DNA of 64,000 nucleotides. Source: Camelus dromedarius. Its lineage: Eukaryota. The notes beneath the pieces were generated by a model. The model saw nothing but the letters and a program-made list of their open reading frames with translations. It did not search any database and was not told the DNA's origin. The first letter of the stretch is position 1. Each line of letters starts with the position of its first letter. The translations under genes and the position numbers were made by a program. The stretch is taken from assembly GCF_036321535.1 (NCBI RefSeq), contig NC_087438.1, forward strand, positions 1,304,001 to 1,368,000, read 5' to 3'. Below, piece after piece: positions 13,271 through 24,772 of the stretch.

Positions 13271-15554
13271 ACAAGCGGAAAACAAGAGGACAGCGCCTGG
13301 ACGGGGAGGGAGTGCGTCGGGAAAGAAAGTGCAGAGGTTTCTCAAGTCCTATGGAAAAGAGGGGGCCTGTTTCACGGAGTTTTCTCAACGTGCTAAAAAG
13401 CTCAGTAAGTTTTAATCAATCTTTTGAAATTCATTCTCTTGTAAAAGATTGATTTCATAAACCTGAGGTTTAACAGCCAAGTATTTTTCTTCCATTCTGA
13501 GTAATTTCAGTGCCTCCCTGTAAATAAGAACTCATCACTCTTTCCTCCCAAATCCATCCCCGTTTGTTTTCCTTTAGGGACCTGGCTTCCCGACTGTCCT
13601 GACGGCCCAGCTCAGACGCGCTCCTGCCCGCCGGCTCAGGTTTGCTCTCCAAGACCCCCGCCTTCGGCAGCTGCTGCGGGTCCAGCTGAGGGGTGAGCTG
13701 AGCGCGCTGCAGAGCGCGCTGCAGAGAGTGTGCGCGGGACGGCCTCAGGCTCGCACCAGGCACCCGCTCCCGTCGAACAACCTTGTCGCCTGGTCTCCCT
13801 CACCCACGCGTGCCGGCGCCGTCCCGCCAACCGGAAGTGGCGGTGCTTTGCTGGGACCTGTGTTATGTTAATTAGAAGACGGGCACAGAGCCTGGATGAT
13901 GTGCCCTGGGTCCGGGCCCTGGTTGTGCTGGGTGCAGGGTTTGAATTCTGATGGTCTGATTCTGGAATCCAGAGTCTTCTAGAACCACCCGTGATCTCTA
14001 AGAACAGCCCCAGGAAGGCCTGAGTCACTCTGCTCATCCCTGCGACTGTCTTGTGGTGCTGGGTGGTCTCCACCTCCCACAGTAGGGGGCCACCCTGCGC
14101 CCGGGTGGCTGGGCCCCGGAGCTCCAGTCCCCTGGCATGGGCACCGGCTGAAGTGCCTGCTGTGTTGACAAGGGCCCGTGGTTCGGTTCTGTTTGGTTCT
14201 GTTGTAGTTTGTGATGCAAAGGGCAGCAGAGGAGCAAATACAGAAAAGCACCGAGAAGCCGCTGGACCCCCCGGACTCTTGATTCAGGGCGTCCGTCCGA
14301 ACATGCTGGAGGTGAGAGCTTCCAGCAGACAGGGCGTGGGCCCCAAGGTGAGCTGGGGAAAGGGCACAGTCGCCTCCTCTGCAGTCAGCAGCCCTGCCCT
14401 CTGAGCCCGCCCTCCACCCGGGCAGCCTCCCACACAGGAGATGCCCGCTTGGCCTGGGGGGAGCACAGTCTTCTCCCCGTGGCTCCAAGGACGGCGGACG
14501 GGGTTTGGGAGGGGCACGTGGGCTGGACGGAGGAAGCGGACGGAGCGGGATGAAACGCGGACAACCGAAGAGCGGAGAAAAGCAGGGGGCTGTGACGTGG
14601 CACTCATTCCCCCAAGAGGGCCGGGACGCCCCGCGCGTGACAGCAGCAGGCCAGAGCCTCCAGCAGAGATGCACTTTTAACAGATGCGACAGATAAAAGG
14701 TTAAGATGTTGAAAACAAGGAGTTCTCTTATGTACATTTAAAACTAACAAAAAGCAATGGAAACTACGAGCAAAAAAGATCAATAGGAAACCGACCTTCC
14801 ACCCCCCAAATGCCAAAAAAGCCTTTCATCTCTGGAGCAGCGCAGGACTCCGCAACCAGACAGGATGTGCTAACTCCTGGCAAAGTGCTGAGGCGGCTTT
14901 CGCGGCTCGGGGGCGCGGCCCAGGGCTGGGGGCACGATGCTCACACAGCCTGCGGGCGGGAATGAAAACAGAGCCACCTTGTGTGGCGAGACGGCTGGAG
15001 ATAGGGCTCAAGAACCAGGAAGGTGCTGAAGTGGCGTGTCCCGCTCGCTGGAGTCTAAGAACGTGTCCTGGAGAAAGAAGTCGATGCGAGCGGAGGCTTC
15101 GTTAGCACAGGTGTGTGCAGAAACTCGCTTAGTGTGACCGTCACAGCCAGCCAGCAACTAAAGGTGACTCGGCGTCTCACAGTGCAGTGCCACTTTCTGA
15201 TCCCATCGTCGTGGTCCCAAGGCACAGTGGGGCTTTCATAATCTTAAACGCCGTTCGACACTGCGGGACGATAATAGCAACGTACAGTTTGATTAAACAC
15301 GTGCAGTGTAATCTCTAATCTGCTTTCAGTACGTAAATTTGATGCATAGAAGGTACTGGGGAAGCAGCAGAGTGTCTCAGCGCGGGGGGGAGCGCGGCGT
15401 GGTTCCTGACTGGGATACTTGGGGGGGCACTTAATCCCTAAATCCACCGCTCTGTCTGCCTCCCTAGTGCATGCACTTTCTGCATGTACAAATGGAGATT
15501 AAAACTAGCAGACGCCTCCCAGAATCGCGGGGAGGACGCAGGAGCCCAGGGCAC

Positions 15555-15876
15555 AGCCTGCAGTCTGCGAACGTCTGGCCCGGCCAGACCGCAGCATCCT
15601 TCGCTCCGGGGGCTGCACCCTCCCCGTCGAGTTTGCTCTGCACTTGTAGCTCAAAAGCAGCTGCAGGCGATTCGCAAGCAGATGTGGGGACCGTGCCAAG
15701 AAAACTTATTTATGGGCACAAAAATTTGAATTGCAATTAATTTTTGAGTGTCATGAAATATTCTCATTTTGACTTTTTGTCAACCATTTAGAAATGTAAA
15801 ATCCATTCCGAGCCTGGGGCTGTACAAAGGCAAGCGCAGCCGGAGTGGTCCAGGCGCGGCCGTGCACTGACCCTGA
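15555..15876 (+). mobile_element. hAT-Charlie MITE, MER58B-like
   Basis: Matches remembered MER58B blocks: ttgtagctcaaaagcagc...aaaacttatttatgggcac...aaatttgaattgcaattaatttttgagtgtcatgaaatatt...caaccatttagaaatgtaaaatccattc...tgaccctg. Confidence 0.8.
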
Positions 15877-17439
15877 CGCAGGAGGTTGCCTGGAGCTTAT
15901 GTTAAGAGCTAAAGTGATTATTTCATCGTTACCTGTAAATCGGGGAGAAAAGACAACGTAAACTCTGACACCTTCTAATTGTAGCTGGTTTTTACTTTCC
16001 TTACCTTTTTCTAGATTTTCCAACTTTTCTAAGTGAGATGTCATAAGTAATCATTTTATAACTTAAAAAGTGTAAACGTTGAAAGTCACATAAAGCAAGA
16101 ACATCACCATCTCTGTAAGAACAGCAGGAAAAGAAAGCAACCAGTGTGCCCAAAACCCGCCTCGTCTCGGGGCCGATGGCGCTAAGAGGTCTTCGAGCGT
16201 CTGGGAAAGAGCTCAGGGGCTAAAAGCAAACACCGCTTGAGAAGCAGCAAAGGAGCCGTGTTTCCTTCTCTAGTTGAAGGAAAAATATTTATTCTGCTGC
16301 TGGACCTTGTCGCGGGAGAGCCGGGGAGCTGCAGCCCTGAACCACGCTTGTGACCTCATAAAGCACTGAAGTTCGTATTCACCAAGGAGAAGTATTCTGG
16401 CGGGAGGACATGTGTTAGAGTATAAAAAAGAAGCAGATTTGAGATGGAACATCTTTCGTGTTTGCTTGTTTCTGATTTAAGAACCCGAAAGTCCCAGCGT
16501 GAGAGTTCTTCTAAACTGGACTAACCAGTAACTCAATCTGTTATTCAAATGAATGGACACACTCGGGACATAGGACCAGAGTCCTCAGCTTTTCTGTTAT
16601 GTTTTGGGCTGAATCTTTTTTGCAAGAGGAGTTCAGAGACTAATTAAACTCTCCTTTTATTTTTTCCAATTTACTGCAAGGGGCAGACGGAGCTGGGGAG
16701 ATGTGGCTTCAGCTGTGGAATGGCCTTTGCTCTCATTCGACGTGTTAAAGAGGAGGTGGCAGAATAGAACCTGACGAGCACCTGTTGCAACAAAATGGGG
16801 GACAAGGCACGCCATGAACCCCGGGTGCGTGCACAGGAGGATGAATGGGCGCGTCCCACGGGACCTGCGGGCTGTGAGCGCCCAGGTGGAGGGGAGCAGA
16901 GGGCATAACAGGCGTCTGTGAACCTGGCAGGAGGAAACGGGACCCTGCAGGTGCTCCCAGAGAGCCCCGCAGGCCACCTGGAGGGCAGCACAGACGTGCT
17001 GGGAGGGCCTGTCACTCAGGGGGTGGGCCTGTCACTCACGTGGGCCGGCCCATCCAGCCCCGCGGGGTTTCCTCTGAGACTGGGCGCCTTCTCCGGAGAC
17101 CAAAGGAAGTCAGCAGGAGAGAAGAGGAGGTGAAAGAAGATTTGCTCCAGAGAAAAGGGGCAGAGCCAGGGGCCCCTGTGAGCAGCAGCCATTCCACCGC
17201 TGAGGGCCAGCAGCAGCAGGGGTTCCGTGAAGACGGAGCCGCCCTGTGCCCCCGCCCTCCAGGCCGGGGACAGAGAATCCACATAGAAATGAGAACAGAA
17301 AGCTACCGGGGCCAAATCTCAAGCAAAGTTTTAATAAGGAAAGAAGGAGGAACAGAATCACATCCCTACGAGGACAGAAGAGTGGCGGAAAAGCGGACAA
17401 ATGAGAGCCCCCACTCATCCAAACTGCGATGAGAGACCC

Positions 17440-17975
17440 TGAGAGACGACGCAAGACGGGAAACAAGCAACAAAAGTCAGAATCAGAAACACAGAAATGA
17501 GGTGGGAAAAACAGGGAATAATTAGAATAAAATAATCAGAAATAAATGATAAACGAAAAGAAATAGATGAATGAACACTGAAATAGAAGCGGGAAAATTT
17601 TCACTAATAGAAAATTGAGAGGTCAAAGGATTTCGAAGTGACAAATAGTGAAGTTAAGCAAAGAGAAAGCTTAACATAAATACAGGTGCCTGGGAAGAAA
17701 AGCTGAAGTGAAAGGAAACAGGAGAAATACTAAAAACTATAACTCGAGAAAATATTCCTGAAATTAAAAAAAAAAGAGAGAGAGAGAGAGAACTTGAAGC
17801 TACGTAGTCAAAGAGCAGAGCTTTTGTCTCAGGATCTGGACCCAACAGGCAACATCAACAGCATTTCAGTACAAGTCCTGGGTTTGACAAAAAAAGAACA
17901 AAAACTCCTTTTGGGGTCCAGGCAAAAATTACAAGTCATTCACAAGGGAGAGAAATTATGTTTTATTTTCATCAC
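17440..17975 (+). mobile_element. Ancient L1-type ORF1 fossil (HAL1-like)
   Basis: A-rich segment. Translation ENIPEIK...NLKLRSQRA...ISVQVLGLTKKEQKLLLGSRQKLQVIHKGEKL resembles the L1/HAL1 ORF1p motif ENFPE...LQIERAHR...ILVK...KEKILxASRQKxQVTYKGxxIRL. Confidence 0.7.
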
Positions 17976-18619
17976 CCGGTTCAACACCACCACTTCATGC
18001 CCGAAGTGAGTGGAGTGTACGCATCTGGTATGTTTAGGAAAAGAGAATAAGGGCGGTCACTTTTGCAGACACTTTCTGTTACTTGCCTGCTGTCTGTTGC
18101 CAACACGCAAACAGCCTGCGTAAAGCTGTGCCCCCAAGCCCTTTCCGGGAAATCTACTTGAGAACCAACCGGAGGCAACAAAAAGCCAGAGCAGCTTTGA
18201 CGGAGGACTGGAGGCATCAGCGTGTAGCGGGCGAGGAGACCACGCCAGAGCTGGGAGGGAGGATGTCTGCAGACACAGGCAGAGCCTTCCTCCAACGCGG
18301 CGTCACCCCCCCCGACAGCCCGGGGCTGGTCGTTTGCGTGGGACAAAATAAGTGAGCAGCTGCGAGGCACTCTAACTGCATGGCACCCTCTCATCTCGCA
18401 GCAGGACTCTTGGCGTGGATGGGTCTAACATGCACCCCTTTCCGTGGTCCTGGCTCTGGGTGGAAATATCAGTGTGAATTCCAGAGGCGGCTAGTCTTTC
18501 TGAATGAACATCACAACGCTGTTCTCTCTGCAGGCTTGGGAACACAGGCCATCAGCAGTGAGCACCCCAGCCCTGGGAATGCTGGTTCTGAAGGACCCTC
18601 TCCTGCTAAAAGGGAGCTG

Positions 18620-19325
18620 GGCTTCCTGGGGAGGTGTCTGATTTCTGGCCTGGAGCCTGGAATATGCTGTTACGGAGGATAGCGAGGAAGCCATCAATGG
18701 CTCTTGGTCATGTCAGAAGGACACAAGGGCCAATTCAGATCTGCTCCCCTGGCCAAGGATGGGACGTGTGAGCTTCCAAAACAATAGCAATGTCAACTAG
18801 TGACAAGCTGTCAGCAGTGTGTAAACCCACGGTTCTTAACACCGTTCAAAAGCAATACATGACCTTCAGGGGTGACAGGGAACCCACTGATTATCTCAGA
18901 AACTCCTGAGTAAAGGACAGCGGTCAGCCTCCCGGCCTGCCTTCCTCACGTGAAGTGCTCCGGGGAGCCAAGCAGCGTGTAAGAAGAATCTTGTCATTGA
19001 ATTTATTCCAACAAAAAAGTGAAAAAGCAATTGGAGAGGGGATCTGTGGATGGAACAAAACTTAGACGACCTAACGAGTTCAGAAATGGGGAGGGCTGAG
19101 CGGCAGCACTAGGGGTGTGCCCTGGATGACAACGTGGTTTCTGCGGAGCCCAGGGCGAGGGCTGCTGGTGGGGGCTGCTGTGACGGGACAGGGCTTCTGG
19201 GGCCGCCGGGCCTAGGTTGTGCTTGTGGGGCGTTCACCCTGGACGACTCGTGATACAGTATGTTTGTTTCAGAGGGTTTGCTCTGTGTTTTATTTTACAA
19301 TGAAAAGTTTAAAAGAATAAATTTG
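18620..19325 (+). mobile_element. Old mammalian L1 3' UTR (L1MC/L1ME-like)
   Basis: Contains ttggtcatgtcagaaggacacaagggccaa...ctcccctggccaaggatgggac and gggaacccactgattatctcagaaact, typical of L1MC 3' ends. Ends with gggcttctgggg...ttttacaatgaaaagtttaaaa. Confidence 0.65.
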
Positions 19326-19639
19326 TAGGGAATCAATGTAGTATAATTATGCAATTATTTATTCTCAACATTGTAAAAAAAATAAGTACTCAAAAAAATA
19401 AGTTTCAGTGGTCAAGAGAGAAAACGGGTTCTCTGCTGAGCAGGCAGTCACTGGGCTGCTGTGATATGCATGTGACCAACACGGAATGAGGCCGTGGAGG
19501 CCCTGGCAGGGATGCGCAGACTGCCACACTTAGACGGCGCCGCGCGGCCCGCACAGGGCTGGCTCAGCGGTCACGCGTGGGGGCGCACGCTCTCCCCGCG
19601 GCCGGCCGCCAGCTGTGCTTTACAGGAGGTGCGATGGCT

Positions 19640-19890
19640 GACCTGCCAGGGGCTTGATGTCCTGAAAGGGCCCTTTGTGTTCCTGTTTATGAGCTTTCCC
19701 TGTTTTGCAGTTGGATTTTCTATTCGTTCCTTCGTGATTGCTGCGGCTTTTTGTATATAAGATATACTAAGCCTTGTCTTTGATAGGAATTAAAAAAATC
19801 CTTTCTCAACTTGCCACTTGAGTTTGTTTATGATGTTTGTTTGTGTGTTTTGTTTTCTTTGGCCATGCAGAAGCTTATTTTTTGGGGGGT
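19640..19890 (-). mobile_element. Old L1 ORF2 fragment (L1ME-like)
   Basis: T-rich segment cctgtttatgagctttccctg...ttgtatataagatatactaagccttg...tttgtttatgatg...ggccatgcagaagcttattttt resembles antisense L1M ORF2. Confidence 0.6.
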
Positions 19891-21395
19891 TGGCAGCAGA
19901 AATATTCGGAGTGGTTGGGTGGAGGCCAGGGAAGTGCTCCAAGTATCCATCGTCAAGATCTCTCCTCTGTTGTCACATTGAAATATGGCTCTGCCTGTAG
20001 TGTCCCCTGGTCCAGAGGGGTGTCTGTGGTGACCTGGCTCCTAGAGCGCGTCAGAGCCCTGGCCGTCGGAGGCCACACACCTGACTGTCCAGGTCGCATT
20101 TCGCTCTCCTCCTGGGGTGTGTTACCTCTCAGTCCCTCTGAGACCCTGACGCCTGTGTCTCTGGCCCTGATGACTGTCACCTGCCCAGGATGTGGCCTCT
20201 CTTCCTGCAGGTCTCTGAGGTCCCCCTCACACCTCCATGCACCCCTGTTCTTACCTGGACAGCTGGTCCGTGCTCCTCTGCCTTTGGGAACTTTTATAGC
20301 ATCTCAGGATGTGCCTCCCTCCGAGGCCACTGGAGGCTGAGACCAATCCCAGCACTGGAGTCTCCATCTGCCCCCCCGCCCCTCCCCGGCAGCGGACTGG
20401 ACCAGGGAGTGAGCTGCAGAGCCAACCTCACTGACACACACGATTCTTCGCTTCTCAGTGACGGGAAGAGCAGGAGGCCCGACCTCAGTTTTCAGTAAAT
20501 AGTCTTGTTTAGCAATTTTATCAGCTGTCTGTCAGAAGTGTTCAAATGTTCCTAATTTTACGTGTCTGTCTCACATTGTTCCCTGGATTAGATAGAACAT
20601 AGGTTACTTCCATCTTTCCGAGAATAATTACGCGCTGATATTATCAGGAATATCATTCACGACTTACCTGTTTCCTGGAAAGTCCGTGCCCACTTCCCAG
20701 AAATGGCCAGAATGTGTAGGACTGTTTACCTCTTTGCCAGGAGGGAACACATGATAAAACAGGCAGGCTATTGACAGGAGCTGACGTAGGCATTGCTTAG
20801 GTTGCAGGTGCTCGTGCACAAGTAAGTGACTTAATGAATTGCCATTTTGGAATCCATTTATGGAGCGGAGCGGCGCTGACCTGGAACAGCCCCTGGCTTT
20901 GCCCCCCAGCCTCCCTCCAGGGACCTGCCAACGGTGCCTCGCTCACGATGTCAGCTTCTTTTGTTTGTGGGAGGCACGTCTGGTTGAAGGAGCGCATAGA
21001 GGCTGCCTCTGTGCCCGCAGCCTGGACTCTGGCTCCAGAAGCTGGTGAGGAGAGGAGTGAGGGAGGCTGGGATCTGGGCTCCCCCACGGTGGTCCACTTA
21101 CCGGAGGGCAGGTGCCCGCTGTGGGCTGTGCTCAGCGACGCCTGGGGCTCCAGGACACCCGTGGGGCTCGGGGTCTGTCTGGGGACTGAGGACCAGCTTC
21201 CGCCCAGGACGCAGGCTCGTTGGATTCTGACACGTCGGCTGCTTTCCCAGTCCCCGTGCCTGTGTCTCCACCTGGGTGCTTACTATCTCTGCAGACTGGG
21301 GGCCTCCATCCTCAGGCCTGTGAAACTGAGCAGATCTTCCAGGGTTAGAGTCAAGTGTTTTCAGGATTCCTATGCTCATTAACATTTGAGAACAA

Positions 21396-21485
21396 ATATG
21401 AAAACAAATATATGTGTGTATACGTATGGCTGAAGCATTCTGCTGTACACCGGAGATTGACTGATCTTCAATGAAAAAGTATAAC
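21396..21485 (+). mobile_element. Very short 5'-truncated artiodactyl L1 3' tip with TSD
   Basis: atatgaaaacaaatatatgtgtgtatacgtatggctgaagcattctgctgtacaccggagattgac...cttcaatgaaaaa. Flanked by aacatttgagaacaa (21381-21395) and agcatttgagagcaa (21486-21500), 13/15 identical. Confidence 0.75.
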
Positions 21486-21759
21486 AGCATTTGAGAGCAA
21501 CTCCAAGCAGAGCTTCTGTCTCTCAGACCCTCGCTGCCATCTGCCGAGGACAGCTGCATCTCAGGCAAGCCCACGTTCCGGAAGCAACTGCCCAGGGCTC
21601 CCTGCAACGATGGGGGTCTCAGCGCCGGGAGCAGTGCCCCAGGGGACTTCTGGTGCCCCCTGTAGGTCCCTCCTTCTGCTCCAGGACATCAGCGCCCCGG
21701 TCTCTCTCCCCCTCTGTCTGCCTCTCCCTCTCCCCGGAGCAAGCGTAAGGTTTTTGAAT

Positions 21760-24060
21760 CTCCTGATGCAAAGCCTCAGCTGCATCCTTACTGCCTTTCT
21801 GCTCTCTGGCTCTATCGGTTATCGACAGGGGGTCACTGACGTCTCCCACTGTGGCAGTGGGTTTGTCTGCGTCTCCTTTCAGTCCTGCAGGTCTTGCCTC
21901 GCCCGTTTTGGCCACTGTATTGTTAAGGCGACTGTCGATCTAACTGCTTGGTCAGACATCATCAATGGTGTTTGTAGCCGTTTTGTATTCGCTGCCCAAA
22001 GCCTTGTCCAGTTTTAGCTGAGACTTCCGCACGATTTCATCTTAACTTCTCCCTTCGTGTATCAGTTCAACTTCTTTGAGGAATTCAGTAGTCTCCCTGA
22101 AGTTCACAATATACGTTTCAAACGAATGTAAACCCACCTGCAAGCAGCAGCGCCCCGCTTCACGTGCGACAGCGCAGGTCCCGTAGGGCGGAGAGTGGAT
22201 GCCCCTCCCACCCGTGACGCTGCCGTCGCTCACCAGTTACTCGTCATGCGCTGAGGTCACCCCGACATTTCACCGTGAGTCACGTCTCCTCTGACCCTCC
22301 TCCTTTACGTAGGCTCACGCTTCTGACCTACTTCATATTCCTTTTCCCCAAAGAAACTCTCTTCCTGTTTCTTGAATTTCTTTGCTCATACTGGAAAATT
22401 CTTCAATTTTTTTGTTTCTCTGAGAAAGTCTTTATTTTTCCTTCACCTCTGAAGATTGACTTTTTTGACTATCGAACTCTAGGTGGCCGGGTTGTTTTCC
22501 TCTTAACAATGCAAACTTCCCACCCACTCAATCTTCCCGCCGGGCCCGCCGAGCTCCGACTCGGCGTCTGCAGTGCTGTTCTGCAGGTGCTGTCTCCCCT
22601 CGGGCTGCTTTCCAGATGGTCTCTGTCTTCGGCGTTTCACACTTTGAATGTGACACGCTCGCGTGTAAATGTCCTTGTGTTTCCTCTGCTTCGTGCTTCC
22701 TGAGCGTCTTGGACGTGCGGTTGGTGTCTGACAGCAGCAGCAGCACCTGCTTGGCTGCTCCTGTTTCACACGTTCGCTCCGCTCCGTTCTGCCCTCCTTC
22801 TCTGGTATCCCAGCCGTTTATGCGACGCCTTTGGGAACCTCCCTCAGCTTCTGACGCTGCGTTTCGGCGTGCGTGGCTTTGCTCCCCCTCATCCATTTTC
22901 CTGTGCGCTTTGGTCTCTGTCTTCCCTTCTTCACGTTCGCTGGTCTCTCCCCGGCTGTGCCAGACGTCCTGACGAGCCGTCAAGGGCCTTCTTCGTTTCT
23001 GTCACAGCACCTTTGATTCCCAGCCTCTTCTTCCGGGTCCTCCTCAGACTCTCAGCCACTCGCTCACGTTACCCTGTTGTCTCCCGTTTGGGCCGTAAGG
23101 GTAATTCCGAACGCCTGCGTGAACCCCCCACCTGAAGGCTCCGTCGTCGTGTTACGTCGCAGTCTGGTTCTGATGCTTGGTCTGTCTTTTCAGATTATGT
23201 TTTTTCTTGCCTGTTGGAACATCTTGCCATTTTTGGTTTAAAGCTACACGTGTCTCACCGGGTCTGAGGAGGCAGCCTGTGGAGTGGGGGCGCCGTCAGC
23301 ACGGCTGAGCCGGCCCGTGTGGCTGGTCTGCGTCCGAGGTCTCGGCCGCCTCGGGCGGCGGGGCTCTGCCTCCTCTCCTCCGCGCTCTTGGCCCCCTGCC
23401 CTGGGGCCTCCCCGGGCCCCTCCTTGCGCAGCCCACAATGGCCGTTCTGGGCCGTGTCGGTGCGAGCGAGGTTGGGGAGGGAAGGGCCTTCCCTTGGGCC
23501 GGGTCCCTGGGTGCGCCGTTCACAGGGGTTCCCTCTTGTCGAGCTGCTTTTCCTCTTGTTGGTTGAGACCAGGAGACTCAAGGGGGCGGGAGTGAGGGGA
23601 AGGCCGTCCCGTTGGCTCTGGACCTCGGCTCCGGGGGACGGCTCTCCCTCGGCTTTAGAGGCACGGGCACATTCCTGCTGGCTGGTCTCCTCCCACTGCC
23701 GGAGCCGTGAGGGCTTCCTCAGAGCTTCGCCGGGACATCCTGGTGGGGCTTCCGCGAGTAAGCCGGCGGAAGGGTGGCGGTCTGCGAAGCCCTCGGCCTC
23801 ACACAGCTCACCTCGGCTTCCAGCAGCCCACCCAGATCACCGTCCAGGTGCTCCCAGCAGAAGGACTGGCAGCCTCTGCCTGGGTCAGCAGGTCCCTCTG
23901 CTTCCGTGTGGACTTCCCACCCCACCAGGTTCCAGAGCTGTCAACTCAGTTTTCTGAGAAAGCCAGGACGAGTCATTGATTTCCAGGCTGTGCAGCTTTT
24001 TCTTGTAAGGACTGGAGTGCACAGTCCATACTCTTTGTGTCAGAGCTAAGCTGGGGTCCC
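21760..24060 (-). mobile_element. Old L1 5' half (5' UTR, ORF1, start of ORF2), L1MC/L1M4-like, heavily GC-shifted
   Basis: Antisense ORF2-endonuclease-like text at ~21800-21920, antisense ORF1-like text (tctgagaaagtctttatttttccttcacctctgaagattgac...) at ~22400-23250, and an L1MC-type 5' terminus (cattgatttccaggctgtgcagctttttcttgtaaggactggagtg) at ~23975-24050. Confidence 0.7.
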
Positions 24061-24631
24061 CTCCACCCGGACCGTGCATCGTTCTCTGTGGGGGAGCTGG
24101 GCTACACCACCGTCACGAAAAGCAGAAACATCTGGTCACGCCACCTAATGAATATTAACACGTTGGTCTGAAACAAAATATTTTAGACGAGAAAGGAAGC
24201 GATGTCATGTGCTGTGTGTCTCCGTTGTTACAGCCATCTCAGGCTACTGTTTGATTCTGAGACCCACAGATGAAGATGAATTTCCCTCCGGGGGGAGGAA
24301 CCTCCATGTCGATGCCGAGTTCGGGGACTGTATCCTGCCCCCGAGCGTGTGTGTGGCTTCCCACGAGCCTCCCTGCAGTCTCCTCACCACGGCGTCTAAG
24401 GGAAGTCCTGCTCTGCTGCCTGCAGCTCAGCGCCACTGCTCTGGGGGCGGGAAGCTCGGGGGCCACGACCAGGGCAGGGGTGGGAGTGCTTGCTCCTCGC
24501 AGGTGGAAACCACGCGGGCCCGGCGTCCTCGGATGGGCCGCTGCAGCCGGTCGGCACAGCAGCCCTTGCGTCTGTGAGTGATTCCAGCAGTGAGAGAGCA
24601 TTGCGCCCTGCGTGACGTCACGGCCCGGCAA

Positions 24632-24772
24632 GGGTGGAGGGCCCAGGGCGGGGGGGGGGTCTCGGGGACAGGGGTCGGGTGGAGGGCCCAGGGCGGGGGG
24701 GGGGGGCTCAGGGACAGGGGTCGGGTGGAGGGCCCAGGGCGGGGGGGGGGGGGGGGCTCGGGGACAGGGGCC
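24632..24772 (+). repeat. G-rich minisatellite, 3 copies of a ~45-50 bp unit
   Basis: Unit GGGTGGAGGGCCCAGGGC(G)nCTCRGGGACAGGGGTC starts at 24632, 24677 and 24723, with internal G-runs of 10, 12 and 16. Confidence 0.95.

Noticed and set aside
14208..14347. Possible 140-nt plus-strand exon (ttgtAG...AAG|GTGAGC)
   Set aside because: Translation resembles no protein I know and there are no partner exons. Such splice-like pairs are common by chance.
20662..20770. Perfect minus-strand donor CAG|GTAAGT with a weak upstream acceptor
   Set aside because: Poor polypyrimidine tract and no recognisable peptide.
23280..23790. CpG-island-like patch as a gene promoter
   Set aside because: It lies inside the GC-shifted old L1 5' region and no downstream exon is evident.
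24632..24772. CRISPR-like array
   Set aside because: Head-to-tail repeats without unique spacers, in a mammalian context with no cas genes.
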